Source: Marine group II euryarchaeote REDSEA-S42_B7 (GTDB taxonomy: Archaea; Thermoplasmatota; Poseidoniia; Poseidoniales; Thalassarchaeaceae). From it: a stretch of 62,079 nucleotides of DNA. Under the pieces are notes generated by a model, which was not told the DNA's origin, did no database searches, and saw nothing but the letters and a program-made list of their open reading frames with translations. Position 1 is the stretch's first letter. Each line of letters opens with the position of its first letter. The stretch covers positions 1 to 62,079 of the forward strand of contig LURZ01000014.1 of assembly GCA_001629255.1 (NCBI GenBank), written 5' to 3'. Both the position numbers and the translations under genes were made by a program. Positions 45,394 to 54,258 of this stretch are shown piece by piece.

Positions 45394-47589
45394 ATGAGCG
45401 GACGTATCGAAGTTAACAGGACTCTAGCACTGACCATTACCATCCTATTTCTGGGCATGACACTTTCCGTGGGTCTACACCAACAAGGTAGGGAAATCCT
45501 TGAAGCAGAACCAACCTCAATGGAAACCCATTCTGGCCTTAATATGCCAGGCTCTACCGTAGGCTCCATCCATTCCCTCACTGCACTCGGGGCATCTCAC
45601 GGCTATACCTGCGCCGTACTCGCCAACAACACAATGAAGTGCTGGGGGAAGGCAGAAAACGGGTCGCTAGGCAATGGCGATGATGGTCAAAATCAGTTTA
45701 CTCCGGTAGGGGTGAATGAACTGAACTCGGATACTTGCTGTTTTTCCGATATCGAGGAGACAAGCCCAGATGGGGACCACTCATGCGCGCTCTCCGATGG
45801 ATCAGTCTACTGTTGGGGCCTAGACACAGCCGGACAAATAGGGCATGGGCATCTGAGTTGTATTGGTAATGGATACTGCGTTAATCCACACGGTCCATCG
45901 GTTTTGAATAGAAACATCGTGACCTTCACAACCGGCCTTCGTCACACATGCGCGATAGCAGACGACTCGACCGCATGGTGCTGGGGAGAGAACGACTTTG
46001 GACAACTCGGAGTTGGCGACAATGACGACAGGAACGCTCCAACCCAGGTCTTGTTGCCCGCCGGAACGACACCAATCTCAATTAACGCCGGTGGGCATAC
46101 CACATGCGTCATCTTGGACAACGGAACTGGCCTTTGCTGGGGCAAGAGTGATTACGGACATCTCGGAGACGGAACTTACAACAATAGGGATGAGCCGACT
46201 CCAATCTCAATACTCCCTTCAAACAGGTCACTGGTTGCAATGGATTTGGGTGCTGGCCACGCATGCGGAATTCTGGACGACGGTACGGCTTACTGTTGGG
46301 GCAACGGCACCTTCTCCTCTGGAGAGTCCGGAGGTCGGTTGGGCGACGGCTCCAACGAGAGCTCCAGGTTCCCTCGAAGTGTCTCACTTCCGTCTGGAAG
46401 GAACGCTATTTCGATAGACGTGGGCGTTGACCACACATGCGTAATACTGGATGACAACAGCGCAGTCTGCTGGGGCCTAAACGAAGAGGGGCAGCTTGGC
46501 GACGGTAGCACTTCCAACAGTACGACGCCAGTTAATGTATCCGTTCCGCTCGGCCTGACCTTTGGAGAGATCTCGGCAGGGCTTTCTCACACGGGTGCAG
46601 TTGCAACAAATGGATCCGTTTACTGCTGGGGGGATCACGAGGATGGGGCCCTGGGACTAGGGGAGGATGTGGATAGCGATGTCCCAGCCTACGTCGACCT
46701 GGGTACAGGAGGACACGCCCTGATGAGCGAGAGGGACAACGACGATGATGGAATTGTCAACATCCTTGACCCGTTCCCCGACGGATGCCCCTCAGGACAT
46801 TACGCAACTAGCGGCACTTGTGATTTGGTCGAGCCGGGGTACTACACAAACGACCTACCGCCATACGAGAAATTTCCCTGTCAACCGGGTACTTACCAAC
46901 CGAGCTACGGCCAGCTGGATTGCATAGACGCAAGTCCTGGGCACTACGTAACGAACTCCGGCTCCGCATCTCAAACCCCGTGTCCATTAGGAAACTACCA
47001 ACCAGACTCCGGTAAGTTATCATGCATCCAGTCCGATCCAGGCAACTACGTCTCGGATGAAGGATCGATACGCCAAAATCAGTGCCCTACAGGTACTTAT
47101 CAGCCATCTTCTGGGGCAGCAGATTGCATAGATGCAAGTCCCGGATTCTACGTTAGTGGCTTCGCATCGGAAGAGCAGACACCTTGCGCAGCAGGAACGT
47201 ATCAGATCCTGTCAGGCGCAACCTCGTGTTTCCAAGCCGGACAGGGATTCCACGTCCCATCAGAGGGATCGGACTCCCAGCAGCAATGTCAACCGGGAAC
47301 ATTCTCGTCCCAGCAGGGCCAAGCGAACTGCACCTATGCCTCACCAGGGTATTTCGTCCCCCTGCCTGCCAGGCGAGTTCCAGGGTTCTTCCGGACAGAC
47401 CTCCTGCTTGTCAACCACCCCTGGGCACTACACAGATTCGGAGGGCTCGGCAGAGCAGATCCAGTGCGCCGCTGGAACTTACCAACCCGACTCAGGACAG
47501 ACATCGTGCATAGAAGCAGAACCTGGATTTTACTCCGAACTAGGCTCTATATCGCAGAACCAATGTCAAAGCGGAACATACTCATCTGA
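45394..47589 (+). CDS. surface protein, 5' part: signal-anchor, 7-blade RCC1 propeller, ephrin-receptor-like (GCC2/GCC3-type) Cys repeats; meaningful coding ends ~47360
   Basis: TM LALTITILFLGMTLSV. There are seven CWG..(D/E).G.LG.G blades (CWGKAENGSLGNGD ... CWGDHEDGALGLGE). Repeats of the form C.PG.YQP..GQ..C....PG.YV follow. After ASPGYFVP the frame yields non-repeat sequence (LPARRVPGFFRTDLL...). Confidence 0.8.
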   Translation: MSGRIEVNRTLALTITILFLGMTLSVGLHQQGREILEAEPTSMETHSGLNMPGSTVGSIHSLTALGASHGYTCAVLANNTMKCWGKAENGSLGNGDDGQNQFTPVGVNELNSDTCCFSDIEETSPDGDHSCALSDGSVYCWGLDTAGQIGHGHLSCIGNGYCVNPHGPSVLNRNIVTFTTGLRHTCAIADDSTAWCWGENDFGQLGVGDNDDRNAPTQVLLPAGTTPISINAGGHTTCVILDNGTGLCWGKSDYGHLGDGTYNNRDEPTPISILPSNRSLVAMDLGAGHACGILDDGTAYCWGNGTFSSGESGGRLGDGSNESSRFPRSVSLPSGRNAISIDVGVDHTCVILDDNSAVCWGLNEEGQLGDGSTSNSTTPVNVSVPLGLTFGEISAGLSHTGAVATNGSVYCWGDHEDGALGLGEDVDSDVPAYVDLGTGGHALMSERDNDDDGIVNILDPFPDGCPSGHYATSGTCDLVEPGYYTNDLPPYEKFPCQPGTYQPSYGQLDCIDASPGHYVTNSGSASQTPCPLGNYQPDSGKLSCIQSDPGNYVSDEGSIRQNQCPTGTYQPSSGAADCIDASPGFYVSGFASEEQTPCAAGTYQILSGATSCFQAGQGFHVPSEGSDSQQQCQPGTFSSQQGQANCTYASPGYFVPLPARRVPGFFRTDLLLVNHPWALHRFGGLGRADPVRRWNLPTRLRTDIVHRSRTWILLRTRLYIAEPMSKRNILI

Positions 47590-48310
47590 GCCAGGACAGG
47601 GCTCCTGCATCCCTTCAGAGCCGGGGTTCTTCGTCGACTTGGATGGAGCCACGGGGCCGACCCCATGCCCTCCTGGACAGTTCCAGTCAGAATCAGGGTC
47701 ATCCGGATGCGAGACGCCTCCCCCCGGCCAGATAGCCAGTCCGGACGGGTCGACCACGACTTCATGCCCACCTGGGAAGTACCAGCCCGGTGACCAGTCG
47801 ATTTGCTTGGACACATCTCCAGGATATTTCGTCAACGAATCTGGGTCTTCATCCCAGAGCCAATGTCCATCTGGCACATATCAACCAGAACCTGGACAGA
47901 CATCCTGTTTACCGGCAAATCCCGGAAACTTCGTCGACTCTCCAGGATCATCAAGCCAGACACCATGCCCAACCGGTCAGTTCCAGTCTTTCGGTGGACA
48001 GCAATCATGCACCCCTGCTATGGCAGGCCATCATGTCCCCGAAGAGGGCGCGATGTCCCAGACCACGTGCAAGGCAGGTAATTACCAACCAGATGAGGGC
48101 ATGGACAGCTGCATGCCCTCAGATCCTGGATATTTCGTTCCTTCATCGGGCGCGATTTCTCAGAGCCCCTGCCAACCCGGTAACTTCCAGCCAGAGGGCG
48201 GAAAGTCGGGGTGTCTGCCTGCCGATCCCGGGAACTACGTCTCCGAAGCTGCGTCAACTGAACAGAGCAAGTGCCCGTCTGGACAGGAGCAGGAGCTGAG
48301 CGGACAGGTC
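46790..48310 (+). repeat. about 16 tandem ~33-codon Cys-rich repeats (coding, spans the frame break)
   Basis: Units begin CPSGHY, CQPGTYQ, CPLGNYQ, CPTGTYQ, CAAGTYQ, CQPGTFS | CLPGEFQ, CAAGTYQ, CQSGTYS, CPPGQFQ, CPPGKYQ, CPSGTYQ, CPTGQFQ, CKAGNYQ, CQPGNFQ, CPSGQEQ. Confidence 0.85.
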
Positions 48311-48484
48311 TCGTGCATCGATGTGGAGAGGCCTTTGTGGATGTCGATATTGATGTTCGGAGTTCCAGCCATACTGGCAGGGACCATGGCAATCCTCTAC
48401 ATCTCCAACAAGAAGAGTACCGGTTCAAGTGGCAAAGGAAAGTCATACATGTACTCAGAGGACATCAGGAAGAAGCAGCCCTAG
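47132..48484 (+). CDS. surface protein, 3' part (+1 frame): continuation of the Cys-repeat array, TM anchor and short basic tail; meaningful coding starts ~47350
   Basis: From SPCLPGEFQGSSGQTSC onward there are ten more repeats. Then come the TM helix LWMSILMFGVPAILAGTMAILYI and KKSTGSSGKGKSY. The first ~70 codons of the ORF are out-of-frame read-through of the 5' part. Confidence 0.8.
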   Translation: MQVPDSTLVASHRKSRHLAQQERIRSCQAQPRVSKPDRDSTSHQRDRTPSSNVNREHSRPSRAKRTAPMPHQGISSPCLPGEFQGSSGQTSCLSTTPGHYTDSEGSAEQIQCAAGTYQPDSGQTSCIEAEPGFYSELGSISQNQCQSGTYSSEPGQGSCIPSEPGFFVDLDGATGPTPCPPGQFQSESGSSGCETPPPGQIASPDGSTTTSCPPGKYQPGDQSICLDTSPGYFVNESGSSSQSQCPSGTYQPEPGQTSCLPANPGNFVDSPGSSSQTPCPTGQFQSFGGQQSCTPAMAGHHVPEEGAMSQTTCKAGNYQPDEGMDSCMPSDPGYFVPSSGAISQSPCQPGNFQPEGGKSGCLPADPGNYVSEAASTEQSKCPSGQEQELSGQVSCIDVERPLWMSILMFGVPAILAGTMAILYISNKKSTGSSGKGKSYMYSEDIRKKQP

Positions 48485-48519
48485 CTATCGCACCAGTTAT
48501 GTGAAGACATCCGTCGGAT

Positions 48520-49572
48520 ATGGACATGAGGGACTACCCGGGTGACAGAGTCGACCTCCGAAGCGACACGGTGACCCAGCCAACCCCTCCGATGAGGGAG
48601 GCGATGGCAGGAGCCAGAGTTGGGGACGACGTATGGGGGGATGACCCCACAGTGATCCAACTTCAAAAGATGGTGGCTGAAATGCTCGGAAAGGAGGAAT
48701 CCTTGTTCGTACCCTCCGGCACAATGTCTAACACGATTGCGATAAAAACCCAGACAAACCACGGTGACGAGATAGTTACACATCGCCATAGCCACATCTA
48801 TCTATGGGAATCCGGAGCATACGCATCTGTAGCAGGGTGCTCTATCGCGTTTGTCGATGGACGATTGGGCCAGATGAGTCCGGAAGGAGTCGAAAGTGCA
48901 ATCAGGAAGACGGCCGGAAGCAACTATCACTTCCCTGACTGCAAATTAGTTTGTGTCGAAAACACTGCTAACGTAGGAGGGGGATCAATCTACGATCAAG
49001 ATACTCTGGACGGGATTTGTCACGTCGCTCACGAAAACGACTGTAGAGCCCACCTAGATGGTGCCAGGCTTTTCAATGCCGCAATAGGCAGTGGGACGGA
49101 CCCAGCTCGCATGGTCAGGGACTTCGATACCATCTCGGTTTGTCTGTCAAAGGGACTAGGGGCCCCAGTCGGCTCTGTTCTTGTCGGTGACGCAGATACA
49201 ATCTCCCGATCTCGTAGGTGGAGGAAGACCTTCGGAGGTGGGATGCGACAATCCGGAATACTGGCCGCTGCTGGCATCTATGCCCTGGAAAACAACATCG
49301 AACGACTCTCTGAGGATCATATACGAGCCTCTAGGCTTGCTGAAACGGTCAATGCTATGGATTCCTTCTCCGTAGAACTGGAGGGAGTCCAATCGAATAT
49401 GGTCTACGTGCAGTGCATGGAAGAAAGCTCTAGGGAAGTGGCTAGGAGGCTCGCCGAACTAGGAGTAGATGTGAGCGTGGAGACAGACTCCATAGTGAGG
49501 GCCGTTGTTCATCTCCACGTCACTGACGAGGACATAAACACGGCCATAGGGGCCTTCGAGAAATCACAATAA
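48520..49572 (+). CDS. ltaE: low-specificity L-threonine aldolase
   Basis: [68 protein letters not shown] (PLP Lys). Confidence 0.88.
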   Translation: MDMRDYPGDRVDLRSDTVTQPTPPMREAMAGARVGDDVWGDDPTVIQLQKMVAEMLGKEESLFVPSGTMSNTIAIKTQTNHGDEIVTHRHSHIYLWESGAYASVAGCSIAFVDGRLGQMSPEGVESAIRKTAGSNYHFPDCKLVCVENTANVGGGSIYDQDTLDGICHVAHENDCRAHLDGARLFNAAIGSGTDPARMVRDFDTISVCLSKGLGAPVGSVLVGDADTISRSRRWRKTFGGGMRQSGILAAAGIYALENNIERLSEDHIRASRLAETVNAMDSFSVELEGVQSNMVYVQCMEESSREVARRLAELGVDVSVETDSIVRAVVHLHVTDEDINTAIGAFEKSQ

Positions 49573-49610
49573 CCCGTAACCGTTCAATAACCCCTCCTAG
49601 TCGAATAGTC

Positions 49611-50660
49611 ATGAGACGCCTGGTGGCACTAGTCCTAATTGCACTTATCGTAATCCCGATGCAATCCTCAGCTGCAACGGAAAGCCTCTGGGACGATGCA
49701 AGGATAACCGACGAGATAGGGACCAAATACGGGACCATTGGAGGGATCTCGATTGAACTGTCCAATACGACTTATGAGGAATCCACATCTGGAATAACCG
49801 ATCTGCCGAGCATAGTGGAGGTCTATACAGCCACATGGTGTTCCAACTGCATCAAGACCGAACAGGCCCTTGATGATGCCATCGGAAACCTCGACGTCAC
49901 TAGGATACACTATCACAGACATCTCTACGAGACTCTGGACCCTTTCGGGAGCAACTCTACCGACTCTAGATGGGTGGAAAACTACGGGGCTGGATCCCTT
50001 CTTTCCACCGAGAGGTCAATGTCCGCATCCGATGGTGGGGTAATTACGATTCCCGGGACAGAAAGATCCGCTCCAAGCAAGGTCTTCGACGGAGAGAGGA
50101 TGTACACAGGAATCAGTACAAAATCCAACAGTTTGCTGACCGACTACTCTACCGCACTGGCATTGGGATCGAGCCACCCCTTCTCATCAAATGGCTCAAT
50201 TTCCCTAGAAGTGTCTGCTTCCATGTCCATGCCGGCCAACGACCAGGGGGGAAACCATTCTGGCGGGATTCTGGACTACAAATTCCAGTGGAACATAAGC
50301 CTCTGGTCGGAGGAAGACTCCCCATGGGAGCTGAACACATGGCTGATGTTCGTTGAGGATGTTGCATACCACCCAGAGGGGAGCAACGGAAAGGCGAACT
50401 ACACTAATGTCCTTCACGAGGCTGTCAACGTGGGCATAAGCCATTCAGGGTTCTTCGCATTCGAGCCCCCCCAACCCTGGGATGGGGACGATATGTCCGT
50501 TGTCCTGATTGTAGACTGGGAATCTCGAGAAGACGCCAATAGTTCGAACTCTGTCCCAGCACCGGGAGTGACTACTCTTCTGTGTATGCTTGCTGCCTTG
50601 GTCCCTAGACGCCAAGGAAACCCAGGTCAGAACCCCTCGCTAAATCAGTGGGTTGAATAA
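49611..50660 (+). CDS. secreted thioredoxin-fold (DUF1223-like) protein with C-terminal hydrophobic anchor
   Basis: Signal peptide MRRLVALVLIALIVIPMQSSAA. VEVYTATWCSNCIKTEQAL (CxxC) ...HYHRHLYETLDPFG. C-terminus PAPGVTTLLCMLAALVPRRQG. Confidence 0.6.
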   Translation: MRRLVALVLIALIVIPMQSSAATESLWDDARITDEIGTKYGTIGGISIELSNTTYEESTSGITDLPSIVEVYTATWCSNCIKTEQALDDAIGNLDVTRIHYHRHLYETLDPFGSNSTDSRWVENYGAGSLLSTERSMSASDGGVITIPGTERSAPSKVFDGERMYTGISTKSNSLLTDYSTALALGSSHPFSSNGSISLEVSASMSMPANDQGGNHSGGILDYKFQWNISLWSEEDSPWELNTWLMFVEDVAYHPEGSNGKANYTNVLHEAVNVGISHSGFFAFEPPQPWDGDDMSVVLIVDWESREDANSSNSVPAPGVTTLLCMLAALVPRRQGNPGQNPSLNQWVE

Positions 50661-53600
50661 CCACCGTCGAGCATGCCCAACGCTCGGAGATGGTGATTTG
50701 CTACCAACGGAACATTCTGTGACTATCGAGGAGGTCCCAGCTGGGAGGATACCGGACTGGTTGAAACAACACATCCGACTACAGTCCCTAGGAAAACCCG
50801 GCAATGATTCAAACCGCCATGGGAGGATTCTCATTATCTACCCAACAGAGAAATCCAAGGGACAAGCACTGTCATCAATAGACCTCAGAGGAGCCATAGA
50901 TCGCACCCTCCACCATACCATGGATTCACTGATTTCTTCACTGGTCGCAGACCTGAGGCTACCTCGAGTGATCTCCAATCAAGGCCCACTCAGTGCCATC
51001 ATTCACGCCGAGTGTCAGAAGGAGTCCTCGAGGCTGGGATTCCCGATGATCAACCCGCTACCAGAGATGAAGTGGGGAAAGGGCAAGACAGAGGCACTAG
51101 CACACCTCCATCACCACCTTTCCAGGGAGTTGGTCGCTGAGAGGTGGGAAGGACCCGGAATACCCACATTCAGGAGGGTAATCACCAGACTCGAGGAGAA
51201 ACTTCGATTCACACACCCGGACATGGCATGCGAACGGATCATCGATGCTTTGGAAGAGGGGAGAACACCATTCACCATTTCGGATATAGATGGGATAATC
51301 ATGCTCGACCACTCACCGGTGATGAGCAAATCTCACACTCAGATTCTCCTGTCCCTTTCGAAGATTAGACCGATACACCAACTAACATTCCCGGGAAACT
51401 TCCGACTTGGTCACCATGGACACATGCTAGTAGACCAACACCCGATCGGAGATCCAAGTGAACTTCCCGACTGGATCCCATCCCAAAGAGACCCTCTACT
51501 AGAGCAAACCAATAATGTGAAGCGGATACTCCTGAACAGAGAGTCCCACTCCTTCGAAGTAGCGATTCGAATTGTTGCTGAAAGGCTAGGCCGCGAGGAC
51601 TCTGAGGTAATTATCGTAGACCCGGCCCTGGAGAAAAACAGGCACAAATGGGAGCAACTGCTTGGGGAAATAGGCGTCTGTATGGAAAGGAGGAGGGCAC
51701 CTCCTTCATCCCACCCCATCGGTCACTGGATACTATTCCTAGCAAGATTGGGGCACGGGGCCGACGCCTTCTCGCTCGAGAGCCTCAGAGCCCTATCTCT
51801 CCAAACCTCGATCGTTCCATTCGAGGAACTAGGAGAACATCCATCACATCCAGAAATCTCCCCTCTAGCCGACTCTGAATTACTAACTAGGCTAGCTAGG
51901 AACGAGCATGTCCTTGGCGGACCGGGCGCACTGTCAAAGTGGCTTGAGACACTTTCCAGGCAACCAACTGATGAGAGAGACGGTCCAATAAAGGAATCAA
52001 CACAATGGTGGCTAATTTGCCTGGCAGCATCTATTCGACCGTTGCTCCGCGGGCATGACAGAGAAATGATTGGCAATCTAAACGAAGCCGTAGGATGCCA
52101 TTCTGGCCAGCGACTTCCTGTGCCGGATTCCCCGAAAGATGGCGACGAATGGCTGCATAACACGCTCTCCCTAATCGACATTCCATCTCAGATGGCCCGC
52201 TTCCCGGGTAGAGGACTCTCCCCGGCAGCAGCAGTACGTGCACTCATCGAAGAGCGAGCAACCCTGAGGGAGATGCAGAGAAGATCAGGACACCCCACGC
52301 TCACCCTAGGGTCCGACTGGGTCGACGAGCTCTGCTCAATTGCCGATCAGACCAAGGCAATGACAGGGGGTTCCAACTTCACTAGCAGCGTTTCTGTGTT
52401 GACTCCAGAGGAGGCTCTGGGATGCTCTGCCGACCTGGTGGTCCTTTCAAACCTGTCCAGTTCATCATGGGAATTGAGAGTGCCAAAGGTACCATTCGTT
52501 GGTGAGGACGAACGACACTCGCTAGGAATCCTGAGACCAGACGCACCAATCAGAGACGCCAGACACAATTTGCTGCACTTACTGAATTGCTCTCGAGAGG
52601 TGTTCGTCCTCGACCCGAGCATGGACGAAACGTCACCACCAGCAGCGCCAATAAGAGAATGGGCCATGGACTTCGAGTTGTCCAGCATCGAATCCGAAAC
52701 CCACGAAATGACCTATGCGCCCTCCTCTCCTAGGGCCACTAGACAGATTGATGGTCTCAGGATAAGACAGGGCAAGCCTCCTCGCAACCCGCCAATCAAC
52801 CCCAGCGCCGTCTCGATCCCTCTAGACACAGCTGTTCAGAGGGACCGAGAGAGAAGGCAGCCCACCATAGCCTCCACGGACGGATATCTGCCCAAGGAAA
52901 ACCACTCGCACATACTCTCCATTGAGAACCTGAAGTTTCACGGCAAACCACCAGAAGGAATAGAATCACCCAGAACCAATGGTAGATGGCCAGTGGTGGG
53001 AGCCTCCGTAAACGGGAAGATTACCCCATCTATAGATCCCCGACCCCTCTCTCCAATGGCTACTGGTAGCCAAGTCAGCGACTCCAGACACGGTCACTCT
53101 GGCGAGGCCCCTCAAGAGATACAGGTGTGGTCCCCAACTAGACTCCAGGACTGGTTAAGGTGTCCGAGAAGAGGATGGCTCTCCAGGGAACTTGGTGCAG
53201 AAAGAGAGGAGTTGCAGGGAGAGGACATAGACAATAGGACGTACGGGGAACTTCTTCACAACGTCCATCATGATATAATCGCCAAAACCCTAGGCTTCGA
53301 GACCAGCGTAGAGAGGGAGCACGACGGTCTTGGCCATGTTAGCGTACAGAGATCTGGACTGGACCAAGATGAGATCATGCGCATAGCACTCGAGTCATTG
53401 GACTCCAGAGCTCCCTGGCTGGAGAGGACCGATGCGGTATCGACCCAACGACTCAGATCTCTTACCGGGATGGATAGGGAAGAATGGGGCAGTTGGCTGG
53501 CAGATCCAAAACCGATCACCCCCAAAGGCAGAATAGGAAGCATAGTAACAGCGGAGCTCGGTATCGGGGACTCTGCACCCTTGTCGATCGAGTGGAAGAT

Positions 53601-54258
53601 TGGAAACACCTCAGACCACGTTCAGCTTCACCCCACTCCTGAGATATCCGTAAGAGGGGGGATAGATCCAATCAGAGTCAGAGGATGGATAGATCGAGTC
53701 GACTTACTACCAATAGAACTGGCTTCAGATACCTGGATTGACGACGAGGGGAGCAATTCCGTGGCACCGATTCGAGTCACTGGATCGGGATGGAGGCCGA
53801 GAAGACTGATTGCAATCAGGGATCTCAAGACCTCTGAGGAATCTTCCCCGAGGAATAGACATTACACGGGTCTTCTCGAAGAACTCCAACTTGCGATTTA
53901 CGCCAGGGCGTGGGAGGAAGCCCATCCCGGTGACTTGGTCGTTGCAGCTGGAATTTCCGTCATCGGGCACAAATCAGAACACTTCCTAGAATTATCCTCA
54001 CTATTCGGATCTCCTTGCTCGGGAACAAATATCGGTACACAAACCACAATCACCTCTGGATTGCATAGATTCATGGATGAGGACGAGAAAGCCGACTCAG
54101 ATCATTTCAGGGCTTGGTTGGCCCAACGGCTCTCCGTAGCCATGGGAGTAGCTAGCGATGCCAGAATGGGAAAGGTACACCCCACTCCTTCCCCAAAAGT
54201 CTGTGCATATTGTCCCGTGAGAGAGATCTGCGAAGTTAGGATGGAGGGGTCCTTCTGA
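50653..54258 (+). CDS. addB: AddB-like helicase-nuclease subunit (P-loop-less, C-terminal Fe-S-stapled PD-(D/E)XK nuclease)
   Basis: WLRCPRRGWLS (Cys1), GWIDRVDLL, LIAIRDLKTSEE, LQLAIYARAWEE, CAYCPVREIC (CxxCx5C). The N-terminal position where AddB carries a P-loop reads ILIIYPTEKSKGQAL. The start is uncertain (TTG 50653 overlaps the upstream gene). Confidence 0.8.
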   Translation: MNNHRRACPTLGDGDLLPTEHSVTIEEVPAGRIPDWLKQHIRLQSLGKPGNDSNRHGRILIIYPTEKSKGQALSSIDLRGAIDRTLHHTMDSLISSLVADLRLPRVISNQGPLSAIIHAECQKESSRLGFPMINPLPEMKWGKGKTEALAHLHHHLSRELVAERWEGPGIPTFRRVITRLEEKLRFTHPDMACERIIDALEEGRTPFTISDIDGIIMLDHSPVMSKSHTQILLSLSKIRPIHQLTFPGNFRLGHHGHMLVDQHPIGDPSELPDWIPSQRDPLLEQTNNVKRILLNRESHSFEVAIRIVAERLGREDSEVIIVDPALEKNRHKWEQLLGEIGVCMERRRAPPSSHPIGHWILFLARLGHGADAFSLESLRALSLQTSIVPFEELGEHPSHPEISPLADSELLTRLARNEHVLGGPGALSKWLETLSRQPTDERDGPIKESTQWWLICLAASIRPLLRGHDREMIGNLNEAVGCHSGQRLPVPDSPKDGDEWLHNTLSLIDIPSQMARFPGRGLSPAAAVRALIEERATLREMQRRSGHPTLTLGSDWVDELCSIADQTKAMTGGSNFTSSVSVLTPEEALGCSADLVVLSNLSSSSWELRVPKVPFVGEDERHSLGILRPDAPIRDARHNLLHLLNCSREVFVLDPSMDETSPPAAPIREWAMDFELSSIESETHEMTYAPSSPRATRQIDGLRIRQGKPPRNPPINPSAVSIPLDTAVQRDRERRQPTIASTDGYLPKENHSHILSIENLKFHGKPPEGIESPRTNGRWPVVGASVNGKITPSIDPRPLSPMATGSQVSDSRHGHSGEAPQEIQVWSPTRLQDWLRCPRRGWLSRELGAEREELQGEDIDNRTYGELLHNVHHDIIAKTLGFETSVEREHDGLGHVSVQRSGLDQDEIMRIALESLDSRAPWLERTDAVSTQRLRSLTGMDREEWGSWLADPKPITPKGRIGSIVTAELGIGDSAPLSIEWKIGNTSDHVQLHPTPEISVRGGIDPIRVRGWIDRVDLLPIELASDTWIDDEGSNSVAPIRVTGSGWRPRRLIAIRDLKTSEESSPRNRHYTGLLEELQLAIYARAWEEAHPGDLVVAAGISVIGHKSEHFLELSSLFGSPCSGTNIGTQTTITSGLHRFMDEDEKADSDHFRAWLAQRLSVAMGVASDARMGKVHPTPSPKVCAYCPVREICEVRMEGSF

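Noticed and set aside
47132-47340. N-terminal ~70 codons of the 47132 ORF (MQVPDSTLVASHRKSRHLAQQ...)
   Set aside because: This is an out-of-frame reading of the Cys-repeat region that is properly translated in the 45394 frame. Only the part after ~47350 shows the repeat pattern.
54240-54258. AddB-AddA as a single fusion protein by read-through of the TGA
   Set aside because: The addA frame is -1 relative to addB, so simple stop-codon read-through cannot join them. Only a frameshift could, and that is mentioned merely as an alternative in the finding.
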